A stretch of DNA of 64,000 nt from NCBI GenBank assembly GCA_030704615.1, contig CM060732.1, forward strand, positions 18,910,001 to 18,974,000, read 5' to 3'. The translations under genes were made by a program, and so were the position numbers. The notes beneath the pieces are model-generated. The model was given only the letters and a program-made list of their open reading frames with translations, had not been told where the DNA came from and did not search any database. Position 1 is the first letter of the stretch, and every line of letters begins with the position of its first letter. Below are positions 23,401 to 38,400 of the stretch, piece after piece. The DNA comes from Takakia lepidozioides (lineage: Eukaryota; Plantae; Bryophyta).

Positions 23401-26400
23401 GCCATCAATATTTTTACTGGCAAACGTAAGGTGGAGGAGGTGTCCCAAACTTGGCAGGTCAGGCAAGATCCCATGTAAAGGCTATGTGACACAGCACTTC
23501 CCCCTGCATATTGGGCATCATGCCTCAAGAAAAAAGGGGGTCCCTGAGTCCAATGAGGACAGCACACCACTTAAATCACACCTATCTCGACATCAATAGG
23601 GTAGAGAACATGATCCAGGTTTTTGAAAGCATTCAACACCAGCCATCTCCCAAACAGATTCAGCACTCAATCACTGTGATATTCCAAGTGCAGCAGCAGA
23701 AAGGGTACCTTGAACTGTGGGGAAAGGTAGTTCTTTATGAACCAAAACTTGACAGGGCGCAGTGTGTTTTTAAGCACACTAAGCATCATAATCTTCAGAA
23801 ACCGCTCATATCTGTCAGAACATAATACTGTGTCAGCATTCCAGATATGGACTGCTAAGGTTTCTGTGCCAGCCAAAAACTGGATTGGCTGAAGATGACC
23901 ATACACTGCAAAAACCTTACTTGTAGGTCTAAAGTGTACAACACTTCTCATGTAATTGTAAAGCTGAAATGCTGACATTAATGACATTCAGTTCCAGATG
24001 CTAAAAAAATTGCTGAAACAGATGATCACCAAAACGAGGCTACAGGTCTGAGAGCAACATACAGATGTCCAGAAGCTATGGAAAAAATGTTAATAGCCTC
24101 CCCTTGCCTGACTGTCTTCCTTCCATCCCCCAGCATCTGCCAGGACACTGATTTGTCACTAGACCAGTTCCACTGCCAGCTTGTTCCACAATCCCATAAA
24201 ACTAGTAGAGCAATTCCTACAATACATCCTGCATCTGCCTGTAAATCATACAAGTAAGGTCTTGGGACAAGGTCTGGTCATGGTCAACTGCCCAAAGAGG
24301 GAAAAGAATACGGGTGGGAGAGGGAGTCGCGTGCATGCTACCATACCAAATCATTTCTTTGATCTGATGACTTACTCCCACTTCCCAGTAAATCGGTAGC
24401 CCATCGTAAGAACCCTTTACTCTCGCGCTTTGTTTTAGGCTGCACAGTAGAAAACCAAGACGAAGATTTCCCAAGGCTTCATTGCAGCTTTACAGACATT
24501 GTGAGCAACTGGAAAGGCATACAATGCTGGCATGATGAATTTGCAATGATAATGATCCTTGATGATGAAAGCGTAATAATGCAGTTGGTAGAAGAAGACT
24601 CCCTACAATAGGATGTGCATCAACAGGAAAAATCTTCATTTTTAGAGTTATCGCCAGGAAAGTCCAGCTACTATGGAGGGAATTAAATGAGTGATCTGCT
24701 GGAAAATTATAAAACAGAAGTTATGAGGCTAAAGGAAGCTTTAACAAGTTAGAGTTTCAAAGAACAGGTGAGACAAAACCTTCCAACCTATATTTCTTTG
24801 TTTTCTAAAACGCAACAATGAAGTTCTCAAATGTGTCAAGTTTGGGAGCCATCACAGGTTTCCTCAAGTGGCAATTCAATATATGTGTGAAAGCAAATTT
24901 CTTATCAGGTGGCATTTTGACAGGGCCCTGCAGACCATGGGGAGCCCCAAGACAGATAGCCTTGACATGGAGTTAAGAAGAATCAATCCAATAGATACAT
25001 GCAAGTACCTCGAGAAATTCATCATCCAGTTCACCACCATCCATATCCAATATTTTCTCACCCTCCTTCCCCTTCCGCTTCACCACCTCCATCCGTACAG
25101 GTTGCCCTCGCAAATCACTAATGATGATCTCCCGTGTAAGAGGCCCTTTCTCAGATCCCTCACCAAGTCCACCCAGTGTATAAAGCTCCGTGGACAGCCC
25201 TGGTGCTAGAGCAAGTGTCCAGACCCCAGGAGCTGCCTTGAGCTGCCAGTAACCCAAGTTGGCCATCACTATTGTATCCACCATATGAGCGTGCCTTTTT
25301 GTTCCCAGCAGTAGCTGAAGCCCTCGAGGAGGCTCATTGTTGTCTCGTTCAAAGCAGTGCCCTGGAAATGAAAGAATATGTGATCAACTTCTGCATCTTA
25401 TAAATATGTGTAAGTGGGATGGAGCGGAAAGAATAGAATATGATATAGACACTCACCTGTAAGCACCAAAGCTTCCAACTCATAGATAGCATGCATTGTC
25501 CTTGCATTCTCCAGTTTCTCCAGCACAATGTTGTCCAAATCATGCCTACATATGTCACACAACATTCAAACAAGATTCACCTGACTGGAGTAAATATTTC
25601 CCATTTCAGCACAACAATACAGCTATTCCTAGAGAGAACATCCTTCTGAAAAAGTAGGACAACCTCAAGAGCACAAGTACTTGCATGGTCATAACAACGA
25701 TGCAGCGTCCTATGTGCTTCCACAGAGGACTAATCACAGAAGTGCCCATAAAATCTTCGAACCTTCCCACATGTATCTACCTACTAGAGTAGGGACTCAC
25801 AAAGCTACGACAGGTTCAACAAGCCATGGTTCTGGGACATCAAGGTTCATGGTGAGTGTGCGGGTTGGGGGCATGTTGGAAAATAGTGCAAGCGGTCCCA
25901 AAGTTAAGGTGCCGTCTGCTGTGTAAGCATCCTGCACGCAACTTGTACAAGTATTTTAGAACAGCCAAAAATTTAAAACGATGCTCCTTCTGTAAGTACA
26001 CCTCCAAAGCTCCTGCCTACCCAATTTGGCATCTACTCTATTCCCCTCTTCGGCACAAAGCACATGGATTTGTCGTGTCTCTACTACATTTAATGATGAG
26101 TTAGTCAAAGCAACCTCTAAGCTGACTTGAGTTGTGCTGCTAGACCATGCACACATTAAAGTAACACATTGTAAGTTGCCCTTCACTTCTAGCTGCAGAG
26201 AAAATATTGTCATACAATGCAGACTGGTAATCCCGCACCATGTACTCCATTGGCTCAAGAAAGAAGGAATGTTAGTACCTTTGTGGGCATTACATATCTG
26301 TAGAAATTCTTCAGAGGTAGATCAGCCAGTGAGTTCTGCATGCCAAGCCAGGCAATGTAAATGTAAGATTGATGTAGGTGTCATCAATATTTTGAATTCT

Positions 26401-29400
26401 GTCATCATAAACAATGTCTGCAGTTAGAAGGAGAGTTCTTTCTTTCTGAAAAAAGGAGAGGGGACTTGCCATGGGGTTGAAAAGAATGCGCATGCTCGGC
26501 TGTAACCAATCCTGGAGCAGCAAGAGCAGAGGCGTGAGCTTCTGGCCTATGGCACTCAATGGATCAATGACAGCATCCACATGGATGGGAGACTCGTCCA
26601 CCTGTTGGATAATTGCACTTTTCAAAACAATGTAACACACCACACCAGTGTGCAATTAGACACATGAAAGTTTGACTGGGAGCAGTGGTTTTAACTTTAT
26701 AAACAAATAGATTATAGCATATTATTATATTGAGTACGTAAAGAAAAGAAACTTTAAAGATGTCACTTAGAAGTGATCATTCATAGTGTCAGAACGCAAG
26801 CAGTTGAATAGATTGCTTCATGTAATTTAGTTAAAGAAAGACAGAAGAAAACCTCATGATGTCCACAAAGAGAGAAAAAAGGCAAGCTAGAAAAAAGGAA
26901 CTATCTGTCATTCATAGGAAGCCCAAAGAGAGTCTGCAGTACAGAAAGAGACATCATTCAACATATCTAAATTTAAAGGCCATAAGTTTAGCACCAAGAA
27001 TAGAAAACAATTTGGGAACACCTGGTGCATGTAAATGTGGTTGCCAATGGAGCCGACCTACCTATGGCCAGCTCTCAACAAGTCAAAACGAACAGTCTCG
27101 CTGCCTCTGGAGCGGACAGCCATGGAAGATGATACAGCCATGATCACCGTACTGAGAAACTCACTGTGTACAGGCAACCCCAACGTCGACCATTACTCTT
27201 AGAAAACTTATAAAGTAATTGTTGGGCACAGAAAGGAGCAACGGCTTCCATGTCTGGGGGCCACTTAGGACAGCAAGTTATTACTGCTTTTACATAGTTT
27301 CTCAACTCATTTCCTGATACAGGCCAACATGTTCTGTACATAAGGTCTTGCCTACTTTGTACCAACATTGGTCATTTGTCCATTTGTCCTGGTAAGGTTG
27401 TTAATCCTCCCTGGGCACAATTTTTTTAAGGATCAACTCTACTCACTTATCTTATTATCAACTTAAAAGTGCACAACCAAACAAGCTATCACAACTCTAA
27501 ATGCAGTACCCTAACTGATGTGAGCAAACACCCCAAAGGCAAGCGAAATGCACCTAGTCAGCTCGTCAGGCTCCATGACCCCCCAATCAACTCCTCCAAT
27601 GACTGCCTCGACCCGCTTGATGCGCTTTTCGTACTCCACTCTCTCCAAGAGCAAAAAGTCTTCTGCAACAAAGTAGCTTCCTGGTTCTTGAACGAGTACC
27701 TGAAGCATCGAGTCAACTACTTGCCTCAGGTACAGGCTAAGCAATGGCTAGCATTGCCACTTTCCCATCCAACACAATTGATATCAAAGATCCCCCTTTC
27801 AAAAGGAGGGCAAGGATTATAAGAAGATTTTTTTGTTATGTCTGTAAGAGAGGAGACAGAATAAAGTGAATTCTTATTTGGATTGCTCTCTTTTTCTTTC
27901 CTTTTTTCGGGAAAGGGAGAACACCCAAGATCCAACAAAACCTTCATACACAACCTTTGGCAAGCCAACCAGGGGCCAAAGAGACATACCAAGCACAGAC
28001 CAGGGGATGGTGGCAGGTAAACAACCTTAAAAGAATAGGCAGCCCCAACTGAAAGAGGAGGAAATAGCCACTTAGCCCAAGCCAAGCCCACTCTCTCACT
28101 CTTCCCAGCCCCATCTCATTTTCCAGGAACTTTCTTCGAGAATGGTCTTCTATGAAGCTTACCCGTCCATTTGTGATGACAGCATCTGAGCCTGGCCTGA
28201 GACCACAGATATGTGACAGGAACTTGCCCTCCTGCGATATAGTGACACCATAGTAAGAGACTACCACTGACCTTGCTTTATCATTCACAGTTCGTGAGTC
28301 CCCTACCCATCCCCCCATCTCGCTCTCGTCTGTAGTTTCTCTATAACAGTGCCTCAAATGATACATCATAGCCAATGTTGGCAGGGAGCAGTCAATAAGA
28401 GAGAAGAAAGGAAGATATTTATCTTCTCTGCGAGGATGTAGTAAAGACACGGTGCCTTGTAAGAGATTGAATGATATAAGGCCCCTCTGATGCCTGGGAC
28501 AGCCAGGGCTTCAAGGCTAGAGTCACTGGACTGATTGACTTTACAGGAATTTCAACTCCATCAGTGGTTGTCACCCCACCATGTGCTCTGGGAATAAGTT
28601 TGTAGGTGGTGAATTCCACCTCACGAATATCATCAAGAGCGACGAGCTGTGATGAAGGAGTAGCAATGGCATGCTCTATGCTGGAAGCCTTCAATCCCAT
28701 TTCATCAGCTAGCTTCAAGACTATTGGTATAGTTTGTTCCTCAGTAACGGTCCCTGATGGACTGTCCATCAACTCCTTCAAAGCCAGCAACCTCTGCAAG
28801 AAGGGCACAACCTTTGCCCGCCGACTGTCCTTCAAGTCAGACCCCTATCCATTTCCCCAGAGCAAAAACCTCTACTTTGCGTCTAGCTGAAGATGAACTC
28901 AAAAACACCCCTCCATATACACTCTCCCTAAGGACTTCCAAGCAAGGATATAAAAACTAGAGTTTAAGAATTAAGTGCACAAAGAATATAGTGAAGACTA
29001 GGCTAGAAGTGTTGGTAAGAATCAAACCTGGGCGTGTTGGCAACCGCCAGCACAATCCTAGTCAACAATGAAGGCTGGCTGCCTCGGCTGCTCTTGACAT
29101 TGTGCAGGATCCCTACTCTCCCCTTCTTGGAGCCATCCATCTGAAAATCATAAAAATAGGAGAACACAAACGATGTTGGAATCTGGCTTTGAATACGAAA
29201 AATAAAAATAAAACCCACAAGCATGGTCAAGAAATATGGAGAATCCAAACTAACCAATTTTTCCTTTTGAGAACTGCCTTTTGAATGCATCTACTCGCCG
29301 TGTACTGCCTAATAAAACCAATTGTGGACCCTATTTCCCAGAACCAAACATATGATTCAGAGTAGATGTGCCAAACTGTATGTGAAAAGTTTGTTGCCAG

Positions 29401-32400
29401 AGAAACCTCTCACCACCTAATGTGCCTGAATTTGTGCTCTATATCAGTGATGGTTGAATTATAGTTGCTCTCATTACACCTCTTGTGACATCTAATGTCA
29501 TTGGTTGAACTTGAACAAAACACATAGATGTGCGCCTCAGTGCACTTACAAGGTAACGGACAGCCTGCTGGAGAAGCCGGACCCCAGAGCTGCGAGAGAG
29601 GTCCAGAGCCAGCCAGTGTGTCACAGGTTTCAATTCATCTTCAGCTGCAACACATGGGGGATCAACACTCATGTTAGTCTGCAAGTTCGTATAGAAGTAT
29701 TAATGCAATATAGGTTACAGAATCACACAAGGACCACATGACGAGAAAAATAAAATAAAATAAAAGTTAGAAATGAAAGAAACTTCATAACTTCCACGGG
29801 GGAGCCCAAGAGAGAAAGAAGAAAGAGAAAGAAGAATGTCTAATGTCTGCAGGAGGCCTATAAGGCTCAAGGGACACCAGAAGAACCACACAGAACTACA
29901 GAAAACAGAAAGTAGACCACATAAACCCAACAGTAGCTCAAGCTCAAGCATGGTACACAGGCAGACTGCCTTGCGCATATATTTCAATGTTTTGTTTCTA
30001 ATTATCTAGTAATATGGGCAATGATAATACGCTACTAAGCACTTTCGATCCTCATAGCTAAATGGACACAAAGTGGAAGAGATGTACTCATAAGACTTTC
30101 TTTGCCGTAGCCTTGTAGACCCCGTGCCAAGTTTGGACGGAAACATAGGGAATAGGCAGTACCTTTGTGAGGGACTCACGCCAGTAGTGTGACTTAACTT
30201 GATATAAACAATTAGTTCAGGCTTTCCAAGTATTCTATAGAAAGCCATTCACACAAACATCAACCTACTGTGTGTGAGCAGCCCAAAAGTTAGACCCCCA
30301 AGAGGGCCAGGGCTTTAGGCTCAGCCTCGAGATTTTGAAGCAAAGTGGAGGAGACAGGAAGAAAGAAATATATTTTACATTGTCTACAGGGGGCCCTAAG
30401 GGCCATTAGAGAGGGATGGCCCTGGCAGCTGTGAACCCAGCACAAAGCAGCTCCTAACCCAAGACATGAGATTAGAAGGCTTTTGATCTACACTGCTAGC
30501 TACAGTGGCCTGTCTAGTTCAATATGCTGTATGGTGCTTATGAAAACTCCTTGACTTCCAAAGGCATAGCCCATTTTTTTGCCTCTTCTGTTTTGGTTGT
30601 GGTGCCTTTCCTTTCATTACTCTTCTTGGCTTTGCTGAGTTGTTTCATGAAGAAGTTTATCCTGGGATCTTGCCACTTTCTTTCTTTGACTCTTCTTCTC
30701 TTTTTCCTTCAATCCTTCTGTTTTAAGAAGAATATAGAAAAGAAAGACAAAGCAAGACAGAGACTTTATACATCCACAGGGGCCCCTGCTGTGAGGGCCC
30801 GTCCTACAAAGTGGAAAAAGACAGAAACCCTCATGGCTCATGCAGCTAAGCTGCCAGACACTTCGAGTACTAAAAAGCTCAAGGCCTCTGACAAAGACTG
30901 GGAGCCTCTAAAGAGATAGTAGTAAAGCAAGAAAGGGAAAAAAGGCTACGAAGGAGGGAAGCAGTTTTTGCAGTTTGAAGGGGGGGTTGGACAACGTACT
31001 TCCAGGACAGTGCAGATACTGGAGCCTTGACAGCACTCCATGATTCTCAGCTATGGGAAAAGCTAGGTCTATAAATTTGCGGCCCTCCTTTGCAGGTGCT
31101 ACAATCTGCAAAGACAGAGTGTGGTTATCAAATCTGAACAAAGAAAGTCTCTGTTCTTGCCTCAAATTCCGAAGCTTTTCTCCCTTTCATATTTGATTCT
31201 CACATTCTTCTCCTCCTTCCTTCCCTCTCTACCTACCAACCCCTCCAAGACGAGCCATCATAAAATGCAAGACTTGCAATCTGAAAACTCGTTGACCAAT
31301 ACTTACACATGCATTGAAACATCAACTATCTATTGATTGTTGCAGAAATTCCATCCCTAGAGAAAAATTCGATTCCAGTGTCATAGAGCCATTCTTACTC
31401 TGCGATGAAGAAAAAAAGGACTGGAAGTAGTATCTTTTTGTGTAATGACAATCATCAGGACTTGCCTAACCTGGTGTCACCATTCAACTTCAAGAAAGCT
31501 AATAGGAACTTCATTGACACCTGGGGATTGTAGCGTGGCTGGCCATTTTCAGAGAGGAATTTATCCAGGACATCAGTACGCTGGTTAATGGTGCCATAGT
31601 AGACAGCCTCTTGTAGCCTTGGGAGCTCCTCATTCATTGCAGGGATGGCAGCTTTGAGGACCTGAGATTATAACCAGCAAATAGTGAGCTAGAAGACGTA
31701 TGAATGGAATATGCATGGTTGGGGTAATTTGCTGTGGTGTCTTGCTTTGTCTGGAGATGGAAGCAAGGGTAACTAGCTTATCCTGAATTGCAGCATTGAC
31801 ATATCCAACAAAAATGAAGCACAGATTTATCTTTGGAGAATGCTTTTCAAGGTAATAGGAACTTCGCAGATATATGACATTTGACCAGCCTTACACTGGA
31901 TTAAATACTCCAGAACCCCAATCCCATGTATGAAGGAAAGCAAAGAAACAGACGCTGACTGAAGATGTCTAAAATGCAAACACAGCCACCATACAAAACC
32001 AGATGGAACAAGAAATAAAACAGGTTAAGAATTCAGCATCAGAGAAGATCTAAGTAGGAGCTTCCTGCAAGGTTTACAAGGTACTCCACCTGGCTGGGCC
32101 CATAGATGTGGCCATTCATCACCAGAGAGGGATGCATCTGGGACAGGCCAAGCTTGTAAGCGAATTGTGTGCTTTCCACTGCCTCCTTTCTGAGTTCATT
32201 GCCAGTCTCCACTTCTTGTAACACCGACATTACATTCCTGTTGACTTCCTCTGTCGATTTCCCCTTTGATCTGGTTATTAAAAACAAAATCGATCTGTTA
32301 AGCTGGTGTGTCTGCCACACAAAGTGGTGCTTATTGAGTTGCACTGCTATGGAGTCAATTTTTAACTTTCAGTGCCTGGACTCCAAAGTGGACTTTGTCG

Positions 32401-35400
32401 TCAGAGGCATAAGGAAAGGTGGGGGTTTTTTATCCTCGCTAGAATGAAGGTATCTTTGAATGTGCTGGGCAGAAAAACAGGAGCTGTACAGAATCTACTT
32501 CAACTCAGTGTACTAAGTAATACTACAAGTTTTCAGGTGCCCAGATACTTTCTTAAGAATTACCAGTAAACAATCCCAGAGAAAACATCCCACGTCACTT
32601 GCATTTTACCTCATAATTGTCATGAAAGCATCCTCAATATGATCCATCTGCACAGGCTCATTATCCTCCCCTTCTGACTCTCCACCCCATGCATCATGCA
32701 ACTGCACAGAGAAACCACATTGAGATTCAGCAGAGTAAACCCTTCAGTTTTCTATGCCATTCCATTGACTCTCTCACCCTCCAGTCGATGCCGTAAACAT
32801 CTTTCTCTTCTTCTTTCTCTCTCAGGCTCTTTTGCTTTTTTCTTGTAGTTCAACTGTGTCCCGCGGGCCTTCTTGACTCCTCACATTATACATTTCTTCT
32901 TTCCTTCAGCTAACATCTGTTGCGGTTATTTTTTCTCTACTGAAACACTAAACCTGCTTCCCAATCTTACCTTTAAAATCAAATGTGACATAATAACACA
33001 TCATGTACAACGGAAAATGTCTTCATAAAGCCAAGGGAAAGGAGAGACTGTATACGTACGCTGTTCAAGAATGAGAATGCCGTTTGAACATCATAATTTT
33101 TCTTGATATGAAGAAACAACTGGATAACCTGCACCCATTTCAAAGCAGCCTCAGAATTTGTTGTCATTGCATGCCTATCTGTGGCTATGGCATGACTCAC
33201 AAGGGCCCTCCATCCCAACATAGGCCCATGGTAGACAGGAAGCCACATCCTGCGCACTTCAAGTCGACCTTATGAACTTAGCTTGTTCCTCTTTCCTAGT
33301 GTCAGCTTCTAATTCTCTCCATCTGTCTACATCCCTTTGCATATAATCAATCAAGATAACGTGTCACATTGAATTCTATCTGACAGGGTTGGTGTACATT
33401 TGGAGGTGGTCTTCCATGGATGTTACGAGCTAATTTCTTCTTCTTGTGTCCCTTCAGACCTTTGGCCTCCCTCAGATGTAATGAATGACGTTCCTTCTTT
33501 CTTCCTCTTCAGTGTATTTATGCCTTGAGCAAGGAAAGGGAAAATACCCAGATAAACCATTGGCCTCCCTCAGAGATGATGCCGTTCCATCTCTATTTCT
33601 CTTTAGTTTATTTATTTATTTGTTGAGGAAATAGGGAAATGCCCAGATGTTTCCACTCAGGCTGCCTCTCTGTCTCTCTCCTGCTGGATAAATCTGGGTT
33701 AGAGGCTGTAGTGTCCAAAGCCATGGCTGTTGCCAGGAAATTGTCTGATGAGAACGCAGTTAGGCAGAAAACGTCCCTGAACTTCTTTCCAGTCTGACAT
33801 GGGGGAGGCCATCATGGATGACCTCGAGGGTTTACCCACTCTCGGCACTCAACTGAAATTTTAACTCAGGCAGGAAAGCCTACCTTTGAACAGCAAACAG
33901 AAGCAGAGAAGAAAGGGGGATTACAAATGCCCGTTGTGTGGGCAACCTGAAGACAATATTCATTTTCCGATTCATTGTCCTGGGTACTCTCACCAGAGAG
34001 ATGCCCTCTTCAAATACATCAAGGAAATTGCCTGTACCTCTGTTTACCAACTTTGAAAGTCTCGAGGCTGAGCCAAAAGCCCAGGCTCTTTTGGGGCCTA
34101 GTTATTGGGCAAACCACACACAGCAGATTGATGCTTGTGTAAAGGGATATCTAGAGGATATCTGGAAAACTCGGATCAATTGTCTATTCCAAGGTAAGTC
34201 ATACTACCGGCGTCAGCCCCTGGCAAAGGTAGTTTCTGTCCCTTTGTGTTCCACTCAAACTGGCGCGGGATCAATGGCCACAAGGCTACGGCAAACGTCG
34301 TCTTATGAGTACATTCTCTCTAGTGCCGAGAGTGGGTAAACCGTTGAGGTCACCCATGATAGCCTCACCCATGTCACAGAGGTTCAGGGAAGTTCAAACT
34401 CAGGGCGGGTAGCCTACCTTTGAACAGCAAACACACGCAGAGAGGAAAGGGGGATTGTAAGTGCTGGGCAGTTCACACACAGCAAGTGCTTGTGTGAAGG
34501 GCTTTCTAGAGGATATCTGGAAAACCCGAACTAATTTCTCTATCAAGGTAAGTCACTCTACCGGGGTGAGCCCCTCACAAAGGTAGTATATGTTCCCTTT
34601 TATTCTGCCCAAACTGGGCGTGGCGTCTATGCGCACAAGGCTACAGCAAACAATGTCTTATGGGTAGATTCTCCATCCCTCATTTCCTAGTTGTTCTTAT
34701 CATTGCAAAGGAACACAACAAACCCAAGAACGGCTATCCAGAAGGGTATAAGATGCACCAGGGTAGAAAGGTCTCGTTCATTTTCACTGCCAGTGTCGCT
34801 GTCTGCCTCCAGATGCAATCCCTCAACTTCCAGAAATTCCCCACCATTAGAATCAATGCTTCTGATCATTTTTGTTGACATAAGAATTGTCCCCAACCGC
34901 ATCGGCACATTATTTGAGAATAAGAATGCCATTGCATTCACAACCTGCAGGAATCACACACACAATAATAAACTGGCTGAAAGTGTCTGCTTGATTGCAG
35001 ATTGGCAAAACCATGCTAACAACCGGAAGTACATGATGCATCTCTGACAGGCCCTCCCTCTTCAAACCTAAACATGTCTGTGGTGTTGTCAAGCCTACAA
35101 AGGGTATCCCTTCAATTCTAAATTGGTTCACTTCTCTAAGAGAAAACCTTAACCTACCTCAAAACTCCAGAACAACTTGCCTGCATGCCCTCCATCTTAC
35201 CGCCATCAGATCTATCACAGCATTCATCCTTAACAAACGCAAGTTTGAAAGTGGACAACTCGCAAATTTGTAGGTAATTTTACAATTATTATCATTTTTT
35301 ATATTTATGGTAGAGCCCAACCCTGAAAGGGCAGTACCCGGAAGGGGAAGACGCTCTTATTTACGCTAATTCCATTGGCATCATCTCTCTCACACTCTTG

Positions 35401-38400
35401 GTCCACTTACATTTCAATTACTACAAACAAAAACTTGGTTTGTTTCTGTGCATACAAGGCACAAATGTATTCTAAACAACAGCAAGTGTGCTCAGCTGGA
35501 AAAGTCGATATCTGTGTTAATGAGGATTTCCTGTCAGATCTTTGCTGACATTGAATGCAGTTCATCTCAATATCTTTACAAAACAGTCAACACAGTAAGA
35601 CGAAGCGTGTGAAGCAATGAGATTGCTGGTGTCACACATACTTTTGCTTTCTAAGATTACAAGACAAGGCAGAGAGAGAAGGTGACTTGCCCTAAGTCCT
35701 TCTGGAGATGCAGGGTCAATGACATAGATGGCATGAAACAAGTTTTTGCGCACATAACGCAGCTGGCCGGGAAACACAGGCATCAGGAGCTGTACCCACA
35801 GTTGTCCCACCCACAGTCGCACTGACCACATGTCTCAGTAACAATCCCTCCTGTGAAGCTGGTCTCTTACTTGCAAAAGCAAGAGCCCAAGCCCTATGTT
35901 CAAGGCTTCTCTATCGGAATGTTTGTGCAGCACGAATAATTCGACAGACACTCAAAACGAATCTCCTCTTAGACCCTGCAGAAACCCGAGACCCAGAGTT
36001 TTGAACAAGCCAAAAGCCCAAATGATATACTGTATGCAGCCAAAACCTGTGAAGAGACTGCACAGTACCTCATTGAGATTGGCACGCCAGCGCCTGTACA
36101 TCTGATCTTCCTCCAGGTTGTTCAGATAGTGGACATGTTCTTGAGACCGGAAGTCCAACCGCATCCCATCTTGTTCCGATTCCTCCGGAATCTGCATTAA
36201 CTGTCTCACATACCTGTGCGGCACCTGCAAGTCATACACCATGCGGTCATGCCCACTAGTTACGACGTGTACTTTCGCTGCACCATCTCATAGCAGGTTC
36301 GAAGGTGGTAGGGAGCACTGTGTGAAATGGAAATTTCTCTATAATGTTACATGGCATCCTGAGTGTGTAGGATACTGTTCAGTGCGCAGCTCCTGTGTGT
36401 ATTTCATTTTGAATTTTATTGGACGCGTTGTCGTTTCCCTTTCTAGAATCAAACGCTGTCAACCAGGAAGACCAGAGCTTGGCCAGATCTACTCATGTCC
36501 CATTCCTCCCTGGTTAGCAGTATCCACGGCCAATGGCACATGAAGGCTCTGCAACTGAACCCCCTGAAGGTTTGTACAGGAAGCGATATCTGTAGTTCCT
36601 AAAATCACACTCCTCATGTAACAATGTTAACATGTTGCAATAGTTACAGTTTTAGTGTTATGGACTTGTTGATACTGCCAGAGAGGGCAACTACTTAGAT
36701 CCACTCCTTGAATAGTCCTATGACATGACCTAGTGATCACCATGATATTTAACACAGTTGTAGGTGAATAAAATACCTTGAGCTGACCAATCTTGCCAGC
36801 TAACGAGAGCTCTCCTTGCACCAGCTCTATCAACCTGCGCAAGAAAACCCTCGGGTCACCTTGTCTTCCAAACACTCTACAGATTTTATCATGGACAGGG
36901 GTTCCAACCATGTCTAATGGGAAAGTTGAGACCTTACGAGAAAATATCAACGGTGTCGATATTCAGAAGAGCTCCATTGATGGAGACCAAATTCTTGCCT
37001 GGTGGCAGCATTCGTTGGTTGGCAACAATTTCATCTTTGATAGTCTCATTCATCTGTCCTACCTCAAAGAATAGCACAACATTCTGTCAACAAAGACCAA
37101 ATAATTGAGCTGCTAACACTTGACACAGTGAAGTATCATAGGCATAAGCTCTGAACAAGATATATGCCAACTTACACACGAGCTACAGAAGGCAATCACT
37201 GTTTGATGAGAATCCGGCAAGACGAAATAACCAATCAGGTCAGAAAAGATTTGCCCCAAACATACTTCTGCCTGCTTTTTCCATCTGTGCAAAGCAACTA
37301 AGGAACTTTGCAACTTTGGAAGTATGGAACACATCTTGTTCCTAAAATCGTGCTGGGTCTATACATCTATACTCTTTTCTGTTGGGCCCTTGGAATGGGA
37401 AAAACCAACTCTGTTATTAAAATGGAGGAAAGATTTAATGAAGATTGCAAGTAGAAACAAAGACCTGCACGCGGGACAGCAAAGACACCAGTTTGGGAAA
37501 GTTTTGATTGATCTCTTGCATCAACCGCAGTGGCTCTGATGCCGTAATTATTCGTTGCGCTGTCTGATATCCTATATCTGCAATCACGAACTACACTAAT
37601 ATAAGTGTCTACAAAATTGATTAGTAAGCAAATAAGGCCAGTGCTCTTATGATCTCTGACACATGCATGCAACATACAAACATACATTCACTATCCATGC
37701 ATGGCCAGGTAGGCAATTGTATCCGCACCTTTCAAATCCCAACCGTCCATAGTGTCAGAAACCCCAGAAGACAGCAACTGGTTGTGGAAAGTCATTAATT
37801 CTCCCGCTAATTCTGGTTTGTCTTCCTGCAGTCCAGATATGCATAGCAGACTTACCCTGGGCTCACCAAGTGAATTTGTGGCTCCAAACATTTTGGTCAG
37901 TGTCAGCTCTCCAACTGAGAGGATCACTTGAAGATGAGTATTAAGATTGTGGTTTACCTGGGGGCCGGTTGATGGCACACAGGTTATCAGTTAATTATGG
38001 TGTTTCTTGGGCCATCAGCTCTCTGAGCTTCCATGGATGTTACTTTCTTTATAAAGTTTTCTTTCTTTCCATCCTTTCTTTCCCGGACGTTATAAAGTAC
38101 CATTTCATTTCATTTCTCTCTCTGCCTCCCTCACAGCTGTTGCAGCCTTGGGGCGTAGATTCTCAGGAGTCCAATGGTCATGAGAAGTCACTAACTTGGT
38201 CTTTGTCGGTGTTGCCATCTCTCTCTCTTTCTCTCTCTCTCTTGCCCTCTATCTCTCTGGGCAATACTGGGATCAAACTAATACTACAGTAAAAGTGCTT
38301 TGTAGAGTAAAACTTTAAGGCCAAGAATGTCCTAACCCTTCCTTGGACATAATTACACTTTCCCTTCCGCCTCTTCTCTCTCTCTCTTTCTTTCGTCGGG

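Noticed and set aside
37826-37978. Extra UGGT exon ending at a GTAAGT donor (~37855)
   Set aside because: It would leave a 30-nt intron, and the peptide has no UGGT similarity.
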